20,000 bases of DNA from Seison nebaliae (taxonomy: Eukaryota). Where the stretch lies: assembly GCA_023231475.1 (NCBI GenBank), contig JALJEE010003211.1:46717-66716 (forward strand), in the 5' to 3' direction. Of this stretch, positions 12,902-20,000 are shown in pieces. How positions within the stretch are numbered: the stretch's first letter is position 1; every line of letters begins with the position of its first letter. Below the pieces are notes generated by a model. That model saw only the letters and a list, made by a program, of their open reading frames with translations, was not told the DNA's origin and made no database searches. The translations under genes were made by a program, and so were the position numbers.

Positions 12902-12935
<34 letters not shown>

Positions 12936-15474
12936 TGCGCAACAATCTCAATTACCAGGAGCAGTTGTAAATAATCCGAACATTCCACATCCATTTTCAC
13001 CTACCTTATATCGACCACCAGGATTGATGCCAGGTCCAATTCCTATTCGTCCTATGGTAACCGTACCGTTCGGATATGACAATCCATATTATCATCAATC
13101 TGTTCGTATGCCTAAACTTGCCACTACCGCCACTACATTGACACAATCCTTCCAACAGAACGGATCGAAATTGCCCAATTTCCACAATGCCGTAACGTCT
13201 ATCTCGCCATCAGTTCATACCACCATCACAACCATCACCACAACCACCATTAACAAGAATCCGGATATTAAACTTCGACCGATGAAGATGATGGATGTGA
13301 ATGATTTTAATAGGAATGTAATGAACGAACATCATCATTTGAAGAATGTGAATCATCATCAATTATCAGATAATCAAAATTTCCCTTCCAACTTTACAAA
13401 TAAATTTTCTCGATCAGACAATTTGAAGAAGAAACATATTCCCACAAATCATTCTATTGATACTCATTTCAATACGAATATTGCTCTCATTAAACAGAAT
13501 AATAATAATACTGTTAATAATAATCTCATATCTCACCTTACATCTTCCCATATTTCCACATCAATCTCTTCATCGACACTACCATTATCTGCTACCTCTC
13601 TAACTACAGGAACTCCTTGTACAATATCGAAAGTGTATAATCAAAATTATTCAAACAACATTCACAAGTTAGAGAATAATGTTCATATAAAGAAATCGAT
13701 GAAGAATGAAATGGTCAAGAATCGAATCACATCTGTTCCCATTTCCATCACACCCACTACCGCCTCATCCATATCATCTCTCTCCTCCAACAACAAGTCC
13801 CATAACCTTTCAAAAAGACCTCAATCTTCCAATAAATGTTCAGATCGACGAAATTCTTTTTTGTCCTATCTCAAAATGAGGAACAGTTTGAAGAAACAAC
13901 TCACTCAAATTAATGACAAATTGAAAAGTTGTCAAACTGAAATAAAACGAGAAAAAAACAATTTATTAATTGTTAGAACTTCTCTTATTTTCCTTCTCCC
14001 TTTTTCAGCAAGTTTCTTAATTAAGAAAACCATTGAAAATCTCTTCCGAGAAATTGGAGAAAGTTTTCCAAAAAAAATTTTTAGAATTTTAAATTTCATC
14101 AAAAAAAAACATTTTTTCTAAATATTTTTCTTTAAATTAACAAACTAAAATATTTCCATTATTTTATTATTTTTTAAAATTTTAAACAAATTTTTCTTTT
14201 TCTTTCTCCGAAATTAGATGCATCAGAAAAAGATTCTTCCAGCAACGAAATTGATTGAAAAAGAAGTTCATTTTGATATTGTAATAGAATTTTTTATTTT
14301 TCCTTATTTTTTTCAGTTGTTGAAAGATTTGGGTGAATTGCCGAATAATGAATCGAAAACTTATCGATCACCATTAGATTATGAAGTTGTAAAAGAATCG
14401 TTGGCACTTCATGAAAATATCAAAGATGGTTTGATTCGGTTGATGCAGGAACGTTTAAATGGAATGAAATCAAATAATGTGAATGAATCCAAAATGAATA
14501 ATACGATAATGTCATCGTTAAATTCCATCGTCATACCATCATCAAAGTGTGACATAATTTCTCCGACTACTTCGAGAACGTCAACGGAACATTTGATTGA
14601 AACCATCAAAAATGAGATTCGACATAGAACGTTTATTTCGAATCGGAATCATGATGGAATTATAACTAAACAAATGAAATTGTCCAGTAAGAAAGAGGAA
14701 GATGATTGTGATAATTCATTCGATTCATCCATCGATGAAATTGAGAAGAGAGATGAAGAGAAGGAAGTGGATGAGACTTTACATGTTTTTGAAGAAATAT
14801 TTCCAGAAATGTCGATTGGCGAACGTCGGAAAGAAGAACCGCGAACATTTGTTGATAATAAATATGTGGAAATTCCTTTATTGGAAAGATGGAGAAGAAA
14901 TGAAGATTTAATTTCATTATCTGACAGTGAACTCATCTACTATAATAATGATGATGGTGAGATGGATGAGAATGAAAGAAAAGAAAAAATGAAATTTTTT
15001 GAAAATAAAATCTCTCGTAATGACATCGAATCTTATCGGAAGAGAAATGATGCGGAATGGCCAGATAAATTGAAATCATTATTTCTCGCCAAATATCTCG
15101 AATGTCCCAAACAGTTTCATGAAATTTCGAAATTTCTTCGAATTTCTGATGAATATCGATCGAGAGCTGATTGTGTTGATTATTATTATCGAACGAAAAC
15201 TGATTCTCAATATAAAGATCTTTTAACAAAACCACCCGTCACATTTACGGCGAGGAGATCTCGTAGACAAACGAAGAAAACAGAACAACGATCATCAACA
15301 TTCTCCGTTCCACAACAACATAATCATCATCACCATCATCAAGAACATCAGGAACAACAACAACAACGAGTTCAACAAAATAATTCGGTGGACAATAATA
15401 ATAAGAATAATAATAAAGAAAATAATAATTCTTCATCATCTTCGTCAAATGCTAATTTGACAATTCCTTGTTGA
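11977..15474 (+). CDS. NCoR/SMRT(SMRTER)-like nuclear receptor corepressor family protein with a single SANT domain, ~1066 aa
   Basis: Simplest model: exons 11977-13971, 14218-14265 and 14317-15474, with phase-0 introns GTTAGA..TAG (246 nt) and GTTCAT..CAG (51 nt). Exact structure between 13972 and 14316 is uncertain. Motifs recalled from NCoR: coiled coil (LKKQLTQINDKLKSCQTEIKREK); DLG..YRSPLDYEVVKESLALHENIKDGLI ~ GLG..YNQPSDTKVYHENIKTNQVMRKKLI; FEEIFPEM ~ YEKQFPEI; WPDKLKSLFLAKYLECPKQFHEISKFL..RSRADCVDYYYRTKTDSQYKDLL ~ [50 protein letters not shown]. Confidence 0.8.
12538..12570 (+). repeat. Coding (AAT)11 poly-Asn tract
   Basis: Perfect trinucleotide run inside the NCoR-like exon 1. Confidence 0.9.
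12901..12933 (+). repeat. Coding (CAA)11 poly-Gln tract
   Basis: Perfect trinucleotide run inside the NCoR-like exon 1. Confidence 0.9.
15052..15228 (+). other. SANT1 / deacetylase-activation-domain-like coding segment
   Basis: W..K..F...Y...PK.F..I...L....DCV.YYY.TK....YK.L pattern of NCoR/SMRT SANT1. Confidence 0.85.
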
Positions 15475-16890
15475 TGAATTTCTTATTTGATTTAATGGAA
15501 AATTTCATTCTCAATATCTTCTTTTTTTTTCATTTTCCATTCTACAATCTCTTATCTATAATATCGGAAGAATCAGACAGTTTGTTCTTCTCCATCATAT
15601 CAAAAAGGAATATCGTCTCCAATTAAATTATATAACAATTTTCCCATTTCTATAAATATTTTTATTCTCATTTTCATTTTGTAAATCGTTTTTTTTTCTA
15701 TAAATATTAATATCGAATAAAATTTTTCTAGAAACTTCTTTATAATTTGGAGGTAGTTAAATGGACAAGTCGTCCGATGAGAATTGGTGCAGTTGACCAA
15801 ATGTGAATTTTATTCAACATATTTTACGGGGAGACAAGTCGAAAACACTTCACATAAACATCATATATGTATGAGTTCATTCCTTTAAATCAAGTCCATG
15901 TTTTTTTCGTGCAATTTCCTTCAGATTCTTTAACATCGAAATTTCATCGGATTAAATTCTATAGAAGACGTAGAAATACATCGGAATATGAAATAAATCG
16001 TTAGCAGTCTCTCAACATTCGGAAATGAAAATTCGAATTTATTTGTTAAATGAAATATTTCCATCGGACGCACAATATTAGTGTGTTGAAGTGTGGAGAG
16101 TTGGAATTATTCTTCCTCTGAAAACTAATAAAAAAAAATCGATAAAATTTAAAGAAAATAAGATTATCGATTTTTTTCCATTTCACCTTCCCTTCTCCCC
16201 TCACATTTCGGAAAAAAATGATAGAGAGATTATTAAGCGTGATTATTACTAATGAAATTGAAAAAGGCACAATGAAGAAACTTGGAAAAGTTACGATTGA
16301 ATTGAAGTGTTGATGGATGTGCTTTAGAGAGGAGAACGAGATATACAGATAACAAGTATTTCGCTACATGATGTAATCGGAAAAAACTTAAATTATTTCA
16401 TCTAAAAATGATTGTGGAGGAGGAAGAAAAGAATTTGATAAAACCCAAAAAAAAACTTCTCCTATTTAATTTTAAAGAAGGAGAAAATTGAGAGGAGATT
16501 CGAAAATTAATTGACGTTATTTCACTAGTGTCTCCTCCCACTTCATTCCATTATTTCATTCGATTATTTCATTACTGTCTTAAAAATGTGTAAGTGAAGG
16601 AGATGTGATGCTTTTATTTATCATCCCCAATTAAAATGTGAGAAAGAAACGGTGGAAAAATAAAAAATGAGGAAAATTTAATTGAAATGCTGTTATGCTG
16701 ATCATTGCGATGATTAAATATTATTGTTTTTCTTGTTGTATTCCAATAATCGATTTCTTTGACTGCTATAGTAACTTGGTGTGTGAGTCGTTGGTTGGGT
16801 GAACAGAATTAAATTTTATCGGATTTTATTCAAGAACATTTAATCGGAGAATTGCTTTTAGAATTATCATTGAAATAAACAGAACAATTA

Positions 16891-18756
16891 ATGATGAATG
16901 ATACTGATGATATAGTGGAGTATGGTGATTCAATGGTCTCATTACCGAGAGGAACATCGGCAGTGGCAGAACGAGTGCAAACGGCGAAATCTCGTGTCCC
17001 AACTAAATCGGCAGCAATTGGGAGGAAACAAAAGTTTTTTCTTTTTACATTTATTGATCGATGTCGACACCTATGAAATTTTCTCATTTTATTCTTAACG
17101 ATTTCTATTACAACAACTTCCGAACATTATCATTCATTATTACACTACAATGATAATTAGTAAGCAGAATAATGAAAATGAAATTCCTGTCGTTTGGGCA
17201 GCAGGACATTTACCCGAAGAGTATCGATGCGTCTCTTGTGATAGTCATCTTCGTTATCCAGTCCAATTTGGAGAATGTTTACATCGTGTCTGTTCGGCAT
17301 GTCTTCCCGATTTATTTCGGTTGAATGACGAGAATAATTGTCCAAATTGTGATGCTGTTATAACGAGAGATAAGGTGTATGTGGACAAACCGTTGCAAAA
17401 GGAGATTTGGGCCATTGATGTTTTTTGCTCCTATCAACAATTGGGTTGTGATTGGGCGGGAACCTTGAAACATTTGCCAGTTCTCTTTAACATCTTCAAA
17501 CATATCTGTCTTTTTCATGAGAATTGTAGAAACATTTAGATGAATGCGGTTTCACTTATATTCAATGTCCGAATGCGTGTGAGAAACGTTTCCAACGGAA
17601 AGATTTAGAGAAACATTTGGAATATGATTGTATGAAACGAGATATCATTTGTGAATTCTGTTCATTTCATCTTTCCATTTCCATCAAACTTTATATTCTT
17701 TTATCAGGTAATGAGACATTGTCCTCAAAGAATGAGGAAGATCATTTGAATAAATGTGGCAATTTCTTGTTACCTTGTCCCAATAATTGTTCCCCAAAAG
17801 AAATTCCACGAAGTAAAGTTTCGTTGAAATTCCATTCGATTTGTCTCATCCAAATCGATTTAGATGAAGAATCATTTGGAGAATGAATGTGTCAAACAAG
17901 AGATCGAATGTTTATTCTATGAATGTGGATGTCCCTTTAAGGTCAGTTCTTAATGATCATTTCAAATTTGAATTGAATGAAATTTTTAGGGATTAAGATC
18001 ACAGATGGCCAAACATATGAAAGAATCACCAGGTCAACATTTGAGTATGGCGTGTAAGACAGTTGTCGCTCAAAAGAAGATGATGGAAGAGCAACGAGTT
18101 CTCATCGAAGAACATCGTTTGGCCTTCGATGAAATGACGAAGAAAGTGGCGACGATGGACAAATTATTCGGGAGTCAATTCATTTGGAAGATTGACGATT
18201 ATGAAGTTCGATTTCTATTCTTTCAATTTTCCTCGAAATGTCTCTCAGCAAAAATTTCAAGAAGCCAAATCTGGTAAACGATCAACAATCTTTTCTCCAC
18301 CATTTCTTACCAGTCGTCATGGATATAAATTGGCCTTATCCGCTTCATTATTCGGCGATGGGAAAGGTTAGTGGTTGGGAGGGGCGAATGAATTGAAACA
18401 TCTATTATTATACTTATTATTATTCAATTCGAATAGCGAAAGGCAAATATATGTCCTTATTCGTTTGTATCTGTCGAGGTGATTATGATTCATTATTGAC
18501 ATGGCCATTCTCTTATCGAATAACATTCACTTTAATCGATCAATCCGAAGATCCAGCAAGTCGTCGAAATATGCCATATAGTATTAAACCGAATATCTGT
18601 CGAGAGAATCAACCATTTCTTGGACGTCCAACTGGTGAGCGGAATGCAAGTTTTGGTGCTCAGAAATTTATCGATTTAGATACGGTTCGAATGAGCAATG
18701 ATTATGTTCGTGATGACATTATTTACGTTCGTGTTACCATTGATGTTGATGAGTGA
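16891..18756 (+). CDS. TNF receptor-associated factor (TRAF family, TRAF4-like architecture): RING + TRAF zinc fingers + coiled coil + MATH domain, 477 aa, 8 exons
   Basis: Manually spliced exons 16891-17033, 17161-17479, 17530-17659, 17708-17817, 17864-17941, 17990-18205, 18249-18366 and 18437-18756 give a 1434-nt frame with all phases compatible. RING CVSC..CLHRVCSAC..CPNC; zinc fingers (CSYQQLGC..HLDEC, CPNAC..HLEYDC, CEFC..HLNKC, CPNNC..HLENEC, CLFYECGC..HM); MATH domain FIWKIDDY..IFSPPFLTSRHGYKL..GDG..SLF..GDYDSLLTWPF..FTLIDQ..FG..KFI..YVRDD. Paralogue identity is not resolved. Confidence 0.95.
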
Positions 18757-19326
18757 GAATGAGCAAATTAAAATTCATATAAATTTGTGATGCACAACAT
18801 TTCATCGACCATCTATCTATCTTGCTTCTCTTCTTAATACACTATACTTCTCCTAAATATTTATCTACATTCTCTCCGGCTTTTTCGTTCTCCTAATTGT
18901 CCAGCTAAATGAAATAATCATAATATGCCCCTGAAAATCTCCTCATCACTCTCATCGTTCACACATTCTCTTTTATGGAATTATTATCCATTCTTATTCT
19001 CGTGGAGTTTATCAACCATTTAATGAAAACAAACTTTAGTTTAATTTCATTTCATTCCAACGAATTGATAAAAGAGTTAATAATAAAGGAGTAGACTAAC
19101 CATTCTCATAATAAAGGAAAGAAATTAATCATGCGATTTTAATTCATGCAAGACGAATGGAGTTCATCCATTTGCAACTCAAAACAAACGTTCTAACTTT
19201 CTTTAGATTAACTTGGAATAATTGAATCATTTTCAGTATACAAAATAAGAAAGTTAGCTCGTTCTAGTTAGTAGGAAGCGTAATTAGCACTGTAAGAAAT
19301 AAAGTCATTTTCAATCCCAATTTTCG

Positions 19327-19355
19327 TTGTCAAATACTATTTGACAAATAGTATT
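19327..19355. repeat. Two overlapping odd-length palindromes
   Basis: TTGTCAAATA-C-TATTTGACAA (19327-19347) and AATACTATTTG-A-CAAATAGTATT (19333-19355). Confidence 0.85.
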
Positions 19356-19861
19356 GTAATAGAGGATATTTGAGAGTAATACATAAATATATATATTATA
19401 TATATTAATATTACTGTATAATACAACATAAATCATTATAATTATTTATTAATTATTTCATTGGAATAATTCTTACATGGACGTCCAACCGATCAACGTT
19501 GACATATGCAGAATATCTGGTATTATATCTATGAAACTTGAAAATATATTATAGTTCATTCTAAATTTGTTTTCTCATTCTAATTTAAGTAAACATTTTC
19601 CATTCATCATTCATTCCTTTTTAATATTGTTACAGTATAATTTTAGTTTGGGCAGTTTGAATTTTTTGTTGAGCAATCGCATCTATTACGGTCAATGATA
19701 CGGAATATCTTTATGGTGGTCAATATCTCCAAATATATTTCAAAATAGATTAACTCCATTCTTTCCATTATTCCTTTCCGTTAATATGAAAATGGATAAA
19801 TGTTTCTGGAAAACATTTTAAGGAGATAAATATGAAAATCGAATATCATCATGCGGTATCC

Positions 19862-19998
19862 GGACAGTTCTCAACCTTTCCATTTTACTACTAAAAAAGG
19901 ACAGTTCTCAACCCCATTTTCGGACAGTTCTCAACCCCTTTTTTTTCACTCAAGGACAGTTCTCAACCTTAAAACTGATTTTCGGACAGTTCTCAACC
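19862..19998 (+). repeat. Array of five identical 15-bp motifs GGACAGTTCTCAACC with variable spacers, truncated by the window end
   Basis: Copies at 19862, 19899, 19922, 19954 and 19984; spacers of 22, 8, 17 and 15 nt. Confidence 0.95.
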
Positions 19999-20000
19999 TT

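Noticed and set aside
19862..19998. CRISPR array interpretation of the repeat-spacer pattern
   Set aside because: Repeat is only 15 bp, spacers are short and unequal (8-22 nt), there are no cas genes, and the context is a spliced animal genome.

Overview
This is an AT-rich, gene-dense animal (invertebrate) genomic window with very short introns, not prokaryotic DNA. Four protein-coding genes are supported. (1) A large, apparently single-exon anterior Hox gene, closest to Hox2/proboscipedia (+, ~4433-7855), preceded by >4.3 kb of non-coding DNA. (2) A convergent intronless type II membrane protein that looks like a highly diverged fukutin/LicD-family protein without the catalytic DxD (-, 8245-9501). 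(3) An NCoR/SMRT-like corepressor that ends just after its first SANT (deacetylase-activation) domain (+, 11977-15474). (4) An 8-exon TRAF-family RING/zinc-finger/MATH gene (+, 16891-18756). The window ends inside an array of identical 15-bp motifs with variable spacers. The most notable signals are: all nine inferred introns use GTY (8 GTT, 1 GTC) rather than GTR donors; the Hox gene lacks the YPWM motif, has a mosaic homeodomain, carries repeated SUMO-type motifs and has no Hox neighbour on its 3' side; the NCoR-like protein is truncated; and the fukutin-like protein may be a pseudoenzyme. Homology calls come from recalled family motifs, not database searches.
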